A DNA stretch of 64,000 nt, taken from an uncultured Gemmatimonadota bacterium (GTDB lineage: Bacteria > JAAXHH01). The translations under genes were made by a program, and so were the position numbers. The notes under the pieces are model-generated. The model did not search any database. It saw only the letters and a list, made by a program, of their open reading frames with translations, and had not been told where the DNA came from. The DNA is taken from positions 672,001 to 736,000 of the forward strand of contig OX638340.1 of assembly GCA_951812955.1 (NCBI GenBank), in the 5' to 3' direction. Positions within the stretch are counted from its first letter, which is position 1. The number at the start of each line of letters is the position of its first letter. This document shows positions 29,918-39,334 of this stretch, piece by piece.

Positions 29918-30910
29918 ATGCCCGTGCCGCATATCCTCGTCGAAAATATCGTCAAAACCTTCCGCATCGCCCAGCGCCGATCCGGGCTCTGGGGGGCCTT
30001 CCAGGGCGTCCTTCGCCGTGAATACAGGACGATCAAGGCCCTGGACCGCGTCTCCTTCGAACTGGCGCAGGGAGAACTGGTCGGTTATATCGGACCCAAC
30101 GGGGCGGGCAAGTCCACGACCGTTAAAGTCCTCTCCGGCATCCTGGTACCTGATTCGGGACGTTGCGAGGTCGATGGGCGCGTCCCATGGCGAAACCGTA
30201 TCGCCAACGCGGCCAACATCGGCGTGGTGTTCGGACAGCGGACCCAGTTGTGGTGGGATCTGCCCGTTATCGAATCTTTCGACCTGCTTCGGGATATCTA
30301 CCGGATCGGAAGCGGCGAATACGAGCGGGCCAGGGACGAGCTCGCGGCGCTCATGGATTTGGAACCGCTGTACGATATCCCGGTGCGTCAACTCAGCCTC
30401 GGACAGCGCATGCGGTGCGACCTGGCCGCGGCCCTGCTTCACGCACCCTCGGTGCTCTTCCTGGACGAGCCCACCATCGGCCTGGACGCCGTGTCAAAAC
30501 TTGCCGTACGGGATTTCATCAAGCGGCTGAACCGGGAACGGGGCGTTACCGTCGTACTGACAACCCACGACATGGACGATATCGAGGCCCTGTGTGAACG
30601 CGTGATGGTGATCGGTCACGGGAGCATTCTGTCCGACAGCACGCTGGACGACCTGCGCGCCCGTGTCACCCGGGAACGTCGTCTCATCATAGATCTGCTC
30701 GACGATGGCCAGGCGATCGAGGACCCGGACGTCGACTTCATCTCGCGAAGCGGAAACCGTGTCCACCTGCAGTTCGATCCGGACCGCGTTCAGACCGCGG
30801 CCCTGATCAGCCGGATTACGGCGAAGTACGCCATCAAGGACTTGTACGTAGAGAACCCGCCGATAGAAGAAATCATTTCCCGGCTGTACGACGAACACGA
30901 ACTCCGCTGA
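29918..30910 (+). CDS. ABC transporter ATP-binding protein (ABC-2 type, uncharacterized-transport-system class)
   Basis: Walker A GPNGAGKST, LSLGQRMRC signature, Walker B LLFLDEPTIGLD, and an H-loop TTHDM. The upstream extension of the listed ORF is rejected. Confidence 0.85.
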   Translation: MPVPHILVENIVKTFRIAQRRSGLWGAFQGVLRREYRTIKALDRVSFELAQGELVGYIGPNGAGKSTTVKVLSGILVPDSGRCEVDGRVPWRNRIANAANIGVVFGQRTQLWWDLPVIESFDLLRDIYRIGSGEYERARDELAALMDLEPLYDIPVRQLSLGQRMRCDLAAALLHAPSVLFLDEPTIGLDAVSKLAVRDFIKRLNRERGVTVVLTTHDMDDIEALCERVMVIGHGSILSDSTLDDLRARVTRERRLIIDLLDDGQAIEDPDVDFISRSGNRVHLQFDPDRVQTAALISRITAKYAIKDLYVENPPIEEIISRLYDEHELR

Positions 30911-30923
30911 AAACCGGCCAGGC

Positions 30924-31730
30924 ATGATACAATCCTTTGTTCTCCCGTATACCGCCGTGCTATCCGCCCGGTTCCGGATGATCCTCCAGTACCGGGCCGC
31001 GGCCATTGCCGGCTTCGTCACGCAGATCGGCTGGGGCGCGATACGTGTCATGGCCATGGAAGCCTTTTACCGGTCCACGAACGCCCCCCAGCCCATGAAC
31101 CTCGAAGACGTAGTGACCTATGTCTGGCTGGGCCAGGCCCTCCTCGGCCTTTTACCGTGGAATCCCGACACGGAAGTCCGCACCATGGTCCGCTCCGGTA
31201 CCGTGGCCTACGAGCTGGTCCGGCCGGTAAACCTCTATGCCTACTGGTTCTCCCGTTCGCTGGCATTCCGTATAGCGCCGACACTGATGAGATCCATCCC
31301 GCTTGCGTTACTTGCGTTGCTGTTTTTCGGGATGCAGCCTCCGGCATCACCGGAGGCACTGGTCGTCTGGCTGGCGGCGACCCTCGGCGCGGTATTGCTA
31401 AGTACGGCGCTTACCGTAATCCTCACGATTACATTAATGTGGACGATTTCGGGGGAAGGCGTGGCCTTGCTTGTCTCGCCGGTCATCTATATTCTGGCGG
31501 GAATGGTCATCCCCCTGCCGCTCTTTCCCGACTGGGCGCAATTCGCGCTCGAAATCCTGCCTTTCCGCGGCATTTGCGACGCTCCGTTCAGGCTGTACAT
31601 GGGCCATATACCAATCACGGAAGCCTGGACCGTCCTGCTACATCAGTTGATCTGGATCATAGTCCTGGTGGCATTCGGCGCATGGTTGCTCTCGAAAGCG
31701 ACCCGCCGCCTGGTCATTCAGGGAGGCTAA
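30924..31730 (+). CDS. ABC-2 family transporter permease
   Basis: Multi-TM hydrophobic protein immediately downstream of the ATPase and 3 bp from the next permease. Confidence 0.65.
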   Translation: MIQSFVLPYTAVLSARFRMILQYRAAAIAGFVTQIGWGAIRVMAMEAFYRSTNAPQPMNLEDVVTYVWLGQALLGLLPWNPDTEVRTMVRSGTVAYELVRPVNLYAYWFSRSLAFRIAPTLMRSIPLALLALLFFGMQPPASPEALVVWLAATLGAVLLSTALTVILTITLMWTISGEGVALLVSPVIYILAGMVIPLPLFPDWAQFALEILPFRGICDAPFRLYMGHIPITEAWTVLLHQLIWIIVLVAFGAWLLSKATRRLVIQGG

Positions 31731-31733
31731 CGG

Positions 31734-32537
31734 ATGGCGAACCCACTTGCGCTGTACACCCACTACGTGAGCATCTCCCTGCGCAGCCAGATGCAGTACC
31801 GGGTCTCCTTCATACTCGGTACGATGGGACAGCTGCTCGGTACGGCGGTGGAATTCATCGGTATCCTTGCCCTGTTCGACCGTTTCGGGAGCCTGAGCCA
31901 GTGGTCGCTCGCCGAGGTCGCATTCTTCTATGGACTGGTCAACGTGGCATTCGCCGTCACCGACATGTTGTCTCGCGGATTCGACCACGTGGGCGACCTG
32001 GTGCGCACGGGCGAGTTCGACCGCATGCTGCTCAGGCCCCGGAGCACCGTGCTCCAGTTGATCGGGCAGGAATTCACACTGAAACGGTTCGGACGGTTTT
32101 TTCAGGGCGGCGGCGTCCTGCTCTGGTCGACGCTCTACCTGGACATCGCGTGGTCTCCGGCAGTCGTGGCCCTAACCGCGGTAACCGTAATCTGCGGCGC
32201 CTGCTTCTTTCTCGGCCTTTTTATCAACATCGGTACGCTGTCCTTCTGGACCACGGAGACCCTGGAACTCATGAACGTGTTGACCTACGGCGGCATTGAG
32301 GCTTCCAAATACCCCCTGGCCATCTATCGGACCTGGTTCCGCAGGTTCTTCACCATGGTGATCCCCATGGGATGCGTGACCTATTTCCCGATCCTCGCCA
32401 TTCTCGGCCGGCCGGACCCGCTCGGTACGTCTCTCGCGTTTCAATACACCGCCCCTTTCTTCGGCCTGCTGTACTTTGTGCTGTCGCTATTCATCTGGCG
32501 ACTGGGCCTGAGGCACTACCGTTCGACCGGAAGCTGA
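31734..32537 (+). CDS. ABC-2 family transporter permease (second subunit)
   Basis: Paralogous multi-TM protein; the operon layout is typical of ATPase plus two ABC-2 permeases. Confidence 0.65.
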   Translation: MANPLALYTHYVSISLRSQMQYRVSFILGTMGQLLGTAVEFIGILALFDRFGSLSQWSLAEVAFFYGLVNVAFAVTDMLSRGFDHVGDLVRTGEFDRMLLRPRSTVLQLIGQEFTLKRFGRFFQGGGVLLWSTLYLDIAWSPAVVALTAVTVICGACFFLGLFINIGTLSFWTTETLELMNVLTYGGIEASKYPLAIYRTWFRRFFTMVIPMGCVTYFPILAILGRPDPLGTSLAFQYTAPFFGLLYFVLSLFIWRLGLRHYRSTGS

Positions 32538-32691
32538 CGCGCACACCCGATCACCGGTACGGAGCACGCGCTTACGGTTGTATTCGGGACGGAGCACGCG
32601 CTCCCGGCGCACCCGAGGGCAAGCCCGCCATACCATCGGGATACACCGTCCTTCTTGACGATACCGCGGGTCCCGTATTAATTGGACCGGT

Positions 32692-33147
32692 ATGGCGAAC
32701 GACAGACAATATCGATCGAATACGCGCTTCGTAGCCACCCGCGGCGTCAAGGAATACCGGGCCAGCATACCCGAGTGGGTGAATGAATCCGATACCGTCC
32801 TCGAAATCGGCTGCGAATGGGGCACGACGACCCGGATCATCTCCGACCACGCCGCGTCGGTCATCGGTACAGATGTCAGTCCGGAAGTAATCGAACGGGC
32901 CCGGGAACGCCACCCCCACATTCGGTTTGAAGCGCTGGACGCATTCGACGTGAGGGCGGCGCTCGAATTGAACGTGGACTTCACCAAGATCTACATCGAC
33001 ATGTCGGGGATATCCGGCTACCGGTCGCTGCTGGACCTGATCGCCCTGCTGAACAGCTATGCCGCCGTGTTGAGACCGGAAGCGATCGTGGTCAAGAGCG
33101 GCGCCTTGAAGCACTTCGCATCCCGTTGCATCCCGTTCAAAGGGTGA
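32692..33147 (+). CDS. Class I SAM-dependent methyltransferase (small, about 150 aa)
   Basis: LEIGCEWG glycine-rich SAM-binding motif and a downstream acidic residue (IGTDVS). Confidence 0.55.
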   Translation: MANDRQYRSNTRFVATRGVKEYRASIPEWVNESDTVLEIGCEWGTTTRIISDHAASVIGTDVSPEVIERARERHPHIRFEALDAFDVRAALELNVDFTKIYIDMSGISGYRSLLDLIALLNSYAAVLRPEAIVVKSGALKHFASRCIPFKG

Positions 33148-33899
33148 TGGAGCCTCCTATGTGCGACCACCTGCCCACCAGTGGATCTGGCGTTCCGTCA
33201 GGTCGAAAGACCGGCATCCTCGTCCATGGCTACAATCTGAATGCCGGCCAGTGGGAGTCCGTGGTCTGGGGAGAACCGCGTGACCGGACCGGCCGCGTGC
33301 CCATGGGCGTGTTCGTCGCCCTGTGTGAACAGGCGGACGTAATGGTCTTTGGTTCCGGCGCGTCCAGAAAGGACGGGCTGCTGGAGTCCGAGTCCACGGC
33401 CCGATTGTTATGGGAACGGTTTGACGAACTCGCCGGATTTTCGGTATTTGGAAACTACCTGCACGAACTGAAGCGTCCTCCTTCAGCCGGCCGGTTCAGG
33501 AAACGGATTGAATCCATTTTGCGCCTGGACACGGATTCGAGGAATACCCGTGATGAAATCGCCCATGCCGGCGAGGTATTCGTCGACCTGGACGTGGAGC
33601 GGGTCATCCTGGTATCGAGCCCGACTCACCTGCCGCGTTGCCTGCGGGACGCCTGCTCAATCTACGGTGAGAACAGAAAAATGTCCCATCTGCGGCAGGA
33701 ACTCTACGCCACGCCCAGCGTCACCGGTTATCCCGGCTACTCGGCGGACGACGTCGCCATTTTCGAACCGCCGCATCGACCGGACCGTCCAGGATCAAAC
33801 CTCAGCAGGTTGGTGGCCCGAGTCCACGACCTCCCGGACAACGCGCGTGAACGGTTTGTCCGTCGCATGGAAGACCTGCTCCGGGAATTCAGGGTGTAA
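33147..33899 (+). CDS. DUF218-like (YdcF/ElyC/SanA family) protein
   Basis: GILVHGY...VMVFGSGASR...ILVSSPTHLPR resembles the DUF218 core. Its start overlaps the methyltransferase stop (TGATG). Low confidence. Confidence 0.4.
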   Translation: MEPPMCDHLPTSGSGVPSGRKTGILVHGYNLNAGQWESVVWGEPRDRTGRVPMGVFVALCEQADVMVFGSGASRKDGLLESESTARLLWERFDELAGFSVFGNYLHELKRPPSAGRFRKRIESILRLDTDSRNTRDEIAHAGEVFVDLDVERVILVSSPTHLPRCLRDACSIYGENRKMSHLRQELYATPSVTGYPGYSADDVAIFEPPHRPDRPGSNLSRLVARVHDLPDNARERFVRRMEDLLREFRV

Positions 33900-33953
33900 G
33901 CATAGATCCAGCGACCGGATCGGGATTCAGCAGGCAATCGCGAGGAGCAAGGC

Positions 33954-34772
33954 ATGATGACCCCGGAACAAAGGTACCTGTTCGATGTTTTTGGATACCT
34001 GCACATTGAAAATGCGCTTTCAAAAGAGGAACTCACGGCCTGCCAGCGAGCTTCGGCCCGATACATGAACACGCCGGAAGACAGGCTCCCGCCCGGATTC
34101 GGATTCGACGGCAAACGCCATCTCCATGGGTTCGCCTTCGACAAGTCGCTGGAAGCCCTGACCCGCCATGCGTCGATCTGGCCCATCGTCCGGGAACTCA
34201 CCAACGACAAGCCACGGTTGATCAGCGGCACCCTCCAGGTGGACCGTCCCGGCGAATCGGCCGTGGGCGGACTCCACTGCGCCAGGGAGGGATTCGGATG
34301 GGAGAGCACCCGGTACGAGACGCATCACGGAAGGGTCTATTGCGACGACATCATCGTGTTTCCCTATCTGGACGACGTATTGCCCGGCGACGGCGGCCTG
34401 ATCGTCCTGCCCGGATCCCACAAGGCCAATTTCCCGCGGCCGGAGCACCTTTTCAACAACGGGCTCATGCACGGTGTGGAGGACCTCGCGCCCGGCGTGG
34501 TCAACATCACGCCCAGGGCGGGTGACATCATCGTGACCTCGGAGCTCATGACCCACGGCATCCTGGAATGGCGGCCCAGGGACCGCATCCGGCGTATCGT
34601 CGTGCTGCGTTACAAACCCCAGCACGCCGGGCTCGCGACGCCGTTTCCCGATGAGATTAAGGCCGTGCTTTCTCCCGAAACTCGGGAACTGATCGAGACG
34701 GCCCACTACAACCATGTCAAGGAAATCGTGAAGGACGACCCGGACGGCAGCCCGAAAAGGGCGATTTCATGA
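33954..34772 (+). CDS. PhyH-family Fe(II)/2-oxoglutarate oxygenase with an atypical first metal-ligand motif H-C-A (His-x-Ala) in place of H-x-D/E
   Basis: ...PGESAVGGLHCAREGFGW... aligns to the PhyH '...G...WHQD' block, and ...GGLIVLPGSHK... matches the distal-His block. I verified the codons directly: cac tgc gcc = H C A. Confidence 0.7.
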   Translation: MMTPEQRYLFDVFGYLHIENALSKEELTACQRASARYMNTPEDRLPPGFGFDGKRHLHGFAFDKSLEALTRHASIWPIVRELTNDKPRLISGTLQVDRPGESAVGGLHCAREGFGWESTRYETHHGRVYCDDIIVFPYLDDVLPGDGGLIVLPGSHKANFPRPEHLFNNGLMHGVEDLAPGVVNITPRAGDIIVTSELMTHGILEWRPRDRIRRIVVLRYKPQHAGLATPFPDEIKAVLSPETRELIETAHYNHVKEIVKDDPDGSPKRAIS

Positions 34773-35929
34773 ACATCAGGGATATCCGCGCCTTCACCGT
34801 GGACCTGTCTCGTGCCAGGAAAGCGGTCAAATCCTCGCTGCAAAGGAAAGGCCGCCAACCTGCCGGCCCCATGGATCGATACCCTGACTACCGGGGCAGT
34901 CGTTCGGCCGCGGGACCCTCCTGGCCAAGCGCGGCGTGCATTGTCGAAGCTGATGACGGATCTTTCGGCCTGGGTATCACCCAGCAGAGCGGCCCGGTCC
35001 TTCCCATCATCAACGATCACTTCCGGTCGCTGCTGGCGGGTCAGCCCGTCATGGCAACGGAGAAGTGCTACGACCTCATGGTCCGCGCGAGCGCCGCGTA
35101 CGGAAGCCAGGGCGCGGCCGGTTTCGCCATCAGCGCGGTGGATCTTGCGCTCTGGGACCTGAAAGGCAAGCTACTCGGCAGGCCGGTGTACGAGTTGCTG
35201 GGCGGTCCACAGAAGAAACACATCGACTGCTACGCCACGGGATTCGATATCGAATGGTACCTCGAGCTGGGGTTCAAGGCGGTTAAACTGCCTATGCCTT
35301 ACGGCCCCGACGACGGGATCGACGGACTGAACCGGGCCGATGAAATGGTTGCCGAAACGCGGGCGACGATCGGCGACGATATCGAATTGATGCTCGATTG
35401 CTGGATGGCGCTTGACGTGGAATACGCCGTTAGGTTGGGCGAGACGCTGAGACCCTATCGGTTGAAGTGGCTGGAGGATTACCTGATGCCCCACGACCTG
35501 GGCGGATTCGCGGCCGTCCGGCGTCGCTTACCTGCACAGGGTCTGGCCACGGGAGAACACTGGTACCTGGCGGAACCGTTCCTGTATGCCGCTGAACACC
35601 GGCTGGTGGATATCTTTCAACCGGATATCAAGTGGTGCGGCGGGATGTCCGCCGCGGTCCGCATCTGCCACATCGCCGAGGCCGCCGGGTTGACCGCCGC
35701 ACCGCATGGCGCCATGAACGATCCCTATGGACAACACCTGGTGTTCGCCATGCCCGCGGCAAGGTGGGGCGAAAGGTCAAGCGGAGTCTCCCCGCCCGGG
35801 GTACCCCTCGCGGAGATGGTTGAACTGCCGGGAACGGCCGTTATCGAAGACGGCTGTTTGACGCCCAGTGACGCTCCGGGTTTCGGGATCGAGGTGGACC
35901 AGGCATGGCTGGACCGCTTTGCCGTATGA
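34769..35929 (+). CDS. Enolase-superfamily enzyme (mandelate racemase / muconate lactonizing enzyme subgroup; dehydratase or epimerase)
   Basis: ...DLALWDLKGK..., metal-ligand acidic residues in ...LMLDCWMALD... / ...KWLEDYL..., and DIKWCGG. Its start overlaps the previous stop (ATGA). Confidence 0.8.
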   Translation: MNIRDIRAFTVDLSRARKAVKSSLQRKGRQPAGPMDRYPDYRGSRSAAGPSWPSAACIVEADDGSFGLGITQQSGPVLPIINDHFRSLLAGQPVMATEKCYDLMVRASAAYGSQGAAGFAISAVDLALWDLKGKLLGRPVYELLGGPQKKHIDCYATGFDIEWYLELGFKAVKLPMPYGPDDGIDGLNRADEMVAETRATIGDDIELMLDCWMALDVEYAVRLGETLRPYRLKWLEDYLMPHDLGGFAAVRRRLPAQGLATGEHWYLAEPFLYAAEHRLVDIFQPDIKWCGGMSAAVRICHIAEAAGLTAAPHGAMNDPYGQHLVFAMPAARWGERSSGVSPPGVPLAEMVELPGTAVIEDGCLTPSDAPGFGIEVDQAWLDRFAV

Positions 35930-35932
35930 CGG

Positions 35933-37084
35933 TTATTCCTCCGGCCCACGGTCTTCAGATTCCTGCGGTAGATGAACCGTCCGGGTCGGAAAGGCCAGAC
36001 TGAGTCCGAGCGATTCGACGATCTCCATGATCTTCAGGTTTACGTCCTCCCTGATCCGCAGGTAGTCCTCCCACACCGTTGTCGCGGTAAAGTAGTAGAC
36101 CATGATGTCGAGGGAGTTCTCGGCAATCTCGTTGAAGCGTACGAGCATGGTCGATTCCTGGCTTACTTCGGGATGGGTACGCAGCAGTTTTTCTATCCTT
36201 GAAACGGTCTCTCTCATCAATTCCGACGGCGTATCGTAGGTGAGTCCCACCGTGATCCATACCCGGCGGAATGGCCGGGAAGAGATATTGTCGATTACGA
36301 ATTCCGCCAGCCGGTTGTTCGGAATAACGACGACGGTCTGTTCAAATGTCCGGATCCTGGTGCTGCGAAATCCGACGCTTTCCACCACGCCTTCGATCTC
36401 CCGGTCGGGCGACACGATCCAGTCCCCGGCGACGAAGGGTCGGTCGACCAGCAGCATGATGGACCCGAACACGTCGGCCAGGGTCTTTTGAGCTGCCAGC
36501 GCCACGGCCAGGCCGCCGATCCCCAGACCGGCCAGCAATCCCGAAACCGAGTAACCCAGATTCTGCAGGATCATGAGCGCCGCCAGGATCCAGACCAGAA
36601 TCTGAAGCGCTCGCTCCACGAGCGGAACCAGGTGGTCGTCCAGGGTCGTGTCCGTTTTGTGGGCCCATTCCTTGAGCATTGACGTGAATACGTTGACGCA
36701 TCTGAAAATCATCCAGGCCGTCAGAAGTGAAAAGGGCACCCAGAATCCCGCTCGTAACACCCCCATGACCAATTCAGGCGGACGAAGCGTATAAATGGCG
36801 AGATACAAACCTAGCACGACGATAACCCATTCGAGGGGTTTCTCGACCGCCATGATCAGCATATCGTCCAGGTGGGTCCTGGTAACGCGGGCCAGCCGTT
36901 TGGCGGCGCGGGTCATCAAATGCTTGAACAGCCATTTAAATACTAGCGTCCCAAGCAGAATCGCAAAGGTTGTACCGATTTCCCTGCCCGTCCACTGCCA
37001 CGACTGTTCAAGCAGGTTGTAAAGGGCGTCCATAGACTGATCCTTCCCGCCGGGGCCGGTTCTCCCGGCATTTTTTTGTCGCAT
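35933..37084 (-). CDS. Small-conductance mechanosensitive channel (MscS family)
   Basis: N-terminal TM helices then the conserved MscS beta-domain (...GDWIVSPDREIEGVVESVGFRSTRIRTFEQTVVVIPNN...). A possible later start lies at 37033. Confidence 0.8.
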   Translation of the reverse strand: MRQKNAGRTGPGGKDQSMDALYNLLEQSWQWTGREIGTTFAILLGTLVFKWLFKHLMTRAAKRLARVTRTHLDDMLIMAVEKPLEWVIVVLGLYLAIYTLRPPELVMGVLRAGFWVPFSLLTAWMIFRCVNVFTSMLKEWAHKTDTTLDDHLVPLVERALQILVWILAALMILQNLGYSVSGLLAGLGIGGLAVALAAQKTLADVFGSIMLLVDRPFVAGDWIVSPDREIEGVVESVGFRSTRIRTFEQTVVVIPNNRLAEFVIDNISSRPFRRVWITVGLTYDTPSELMRETVSRIEKLLRTHPEVSQESTMLVRFNEIAENSLDIMVYYFTATTVWEDYLRIREDVNLKIMEIVESLGLSLAFPTRTVHLPQESEDRGPEE

Positions 37085-37095
37085 CGCCGGCGCCG

Positions 37096-39315
37096 ATGCA
37101 TATATTTCAAGGGCTGTATCTTAACGTAAGGCCGATGGACTGTCAAGTCGAGGTCGACTTGGCAGGATTGCCCGGCAAGGGTACATACCGAAGGAGGAAG
37201 GGTGTGTCGACTCGCGTCAGCGTCCTGATTATCTCGGCTGTGTTTATCAGCTTAACCGCTGTGCTTTGCGATGGTTCTGGTCTGCCGGAACCGCCAAAGT
37301 ACACCGGCGATCTACCGGAACTCCGTGCGCGCGGTGTGATCCGTTTCATAGTTCGTCCGGATGCAATCGACCATATACCCCGCAATGCGGAGCCCGTTGA
37401 GCTCGACCACGACATGGCAAGGGGCATAGCCGAATCGCTTAAGATGGAATTGCGGATGATCACGGTCGACGACCACCGATCCATGGTCGACAAGCTCCTG
37501 CTGGGCGAGGGTGACATTGTCGCCGCGAATCTCACGGATACACCAGAACGGGAGGCGAAAACCGCATTTTCGGTTCCCTATCACTATGTCGATGAGTACC
37601 TGATCGTTCCCGCCGGCGAAAGTGTCCCGGATAGCCTTGGCGATCTGGCCGGCATGGAGATCAGCGTTCGGGAATCCAGCGCATACTACCAGACCCTCCT
37701 GGAGTTGCAGAAGCAGGTGCCCGACCTGAGGATAAACATCGTCCCAGAAACGATGCTGACGGAAAGTATCATCGACGGGGTAGCCCGCGGTGAGTTCGAG
37801 GCAACGGTCTGCGACAACAACCTTTGGTATGCCGTCGAGAAAGCCTACGACGACCTGGCCGCGCCGCTTGTGTTGGCGGAAAACCGTGAGATCATCCTGC
37901 TGATGCGGCCCGGCGACGAGGAACTGAAGAAGAAAGTCGACGAGACCCTGCTGGCGCTGCAGCTATCACGCACCCGCGAAAGCGTTTACACCGATGACCT
38001 GGACGGTTTGAAGAAGCGCGGCCGGCTTCGCATGATCACGAGAAACAACACGCTCACCTATTTCATTCACCGCGGAATGCAGGTCGGTTACGAATACGAA
38101 TTACTGAAAGAATTCGCCAGTCGGCATGATCTCCGCCTGGAAATCGTCATACCGGACAACCACGCCAAACTGCTCGACTACCTGAACGAGGGAAAGGGAG
38201 ACATCGTCGCCGCGGCCATGACGATCAACGAAGAGCGGGAGACGAAAGCGGATTTCACCATATCATACAACGACGTGGATGAACTGGTGGTGGTCCGCTC
38301 GGATGAAACCGACATTTCGAGTTTCGGGGATCTTGCCGGACGCAAGGTGCATGTCCGGGCCAGTTCATCGTTCCGCGCTACGCTCGAGGCGGTCGCCGAT
38401 TCCATCGAAGGGCTGGAGATTGTCGAGCTTCCGGACGATATCGAAACGGAGGACATCCTGGTCGGTATTGACGAGGGTATCTACGATGTGACCATGGCCG
38501 ATTCCAACCTGCTAGAGGTGGAACAGGCCTATGGACGCAACCTGAAGGCCGCGTTTCGTGTCAAGCCGGCTTCGCTGGGATGGGCGGTGCGCAAAAACAA
38601 TACTGCCCTCGGTGCCGCGCTCGACCAGTATATCAAGCAAGAAAAAAGAGGGCTGTTCTTCAACCTGATGCACAAAAAGTACTTCGAGAACCTGCGTACA
38701 ATCGCCAAATCCAGGGATTCTCTGAGGGTTGATCTGAGCGGGCAGCTTTCTCCGTACGACGATCACGTCAAGAAATACTCCGAATATTACGGGCAGGACT
38801 GGCGGCTGGTCACGGCGCAAATGTATCAGGAATCCAAGTTCGATCCGGATGCCGTGAGCTGGGTTGGTGCCCTGGGACTCATGCAGGTGATGCCGGCAAC
38901 GGGAAAGCAGATGGGTTTCACCGAACTGCATGACCCGGAGCAGGGGATCCATGCCGGCGTGAAGTACATGGATCACCTCCTGAACCGATTCGATCCCAAA
39001 CTGCCGATGGAGGTGCGGGTGCACTTCGCCCTCGCTTCCTACAATGCCGGATACGGCCATCTCCTCGACGCAAGGCGCCTGGCCAGGGAACTGGGCCGGG
39101 ACCCCGACCAGTGGTTCGGGCACGTAGAACAAGCCATGCTGCTCCTTTCCAAACCCGCTTACTACAAACGCGCCCGATACGGATTCTGCCGCGGCGGCCA
39201 GCCCGTCCACTACGTCGCGAACATACAGCAGTCCTACGAAGCCTACGTGGAAGCGCTCGCCTCGGACAAACCGGTTTTCTCGGACGACGCGGCTGAACTC
39301 GCCACGCGGAAATAG
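37096..39315 (+). CDS. Membrane-bound lytic murein transglycosylase (MltF-like) with two tandem solute-binding (SBP_bac_3-like) domains and a C-terminal SLT domain
   Basis: Two paralogous domains (...GDIVAANLTDTPERE... and ...GDIVAAAMTINEERE...) followed by ...ESKFDPDAVSWVGALGLMQVMPATG...YNAGYGHL (SLT catalytic motif). The start may be the internal GTG near 37204. Confidence 0.7.
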   Translation: MHIFQGLYLNVRPMDCQVEVDLAGLPGKGTYRRRKGVSTRVSVLIISAVFISLTAVLCDGSGLPEPPKYTGDLPELRARGVIRFIVRPDAIDHIPRNAEPVELDHDMARGIAESLKMELRMITVDDHRSMVDKLLLGEGDIVAANLTDTPEREAKTAFSVPYHYVDEYLIVPAGESVPDSLGDLAGMEISVRESSAYYQTLLELQKQVPDLRINIVPETMLTESIIDGVARGEFEATVCDNNLWYAVEKAYDDLAAPLVLAENREIILLMRPGDEELKKKVDETLLALQLSRTRESVYTDDLDGLKKRGRLRMITRNNTLTYFIHRGMQVGYEYELLKEFASRHDLRLEIVIPDNHAKLLDYLNEGKGDIVAAAMTINEERETKADFTISYNDVDELVVVRSDETDISSFGDLAGRKVHVRASSSFRATLEAVADSIEGLEIVELPDDIETEDILVGIDEGIYDVTMADSNLLEVEQAYGRNLKAAFRVKPASLGWAVRKNNTALGAALDQYIKQEKRGLFFNLMHKKYFENLRTIAKSRDSLRVDLSGQLSPYDDHVKKYSEYYGQDWRLVTAQMYQESKFDPDAVSWVGALGLMQVMPATGKQMGFTELHDPEQGIHAGVKYMDHLLNRFDPKLPMEVRVHFALASYNAGYGHLLDARRLARELGRDPDQWFGHVEQAMLLLSKPAYYKRARYGFCRGGQPVHYVANIQQSYEAYVEALASDKPVFSDDAAELATRK

Positions 39316-39334
39316 CCGAAAATCGGAGCAATCC

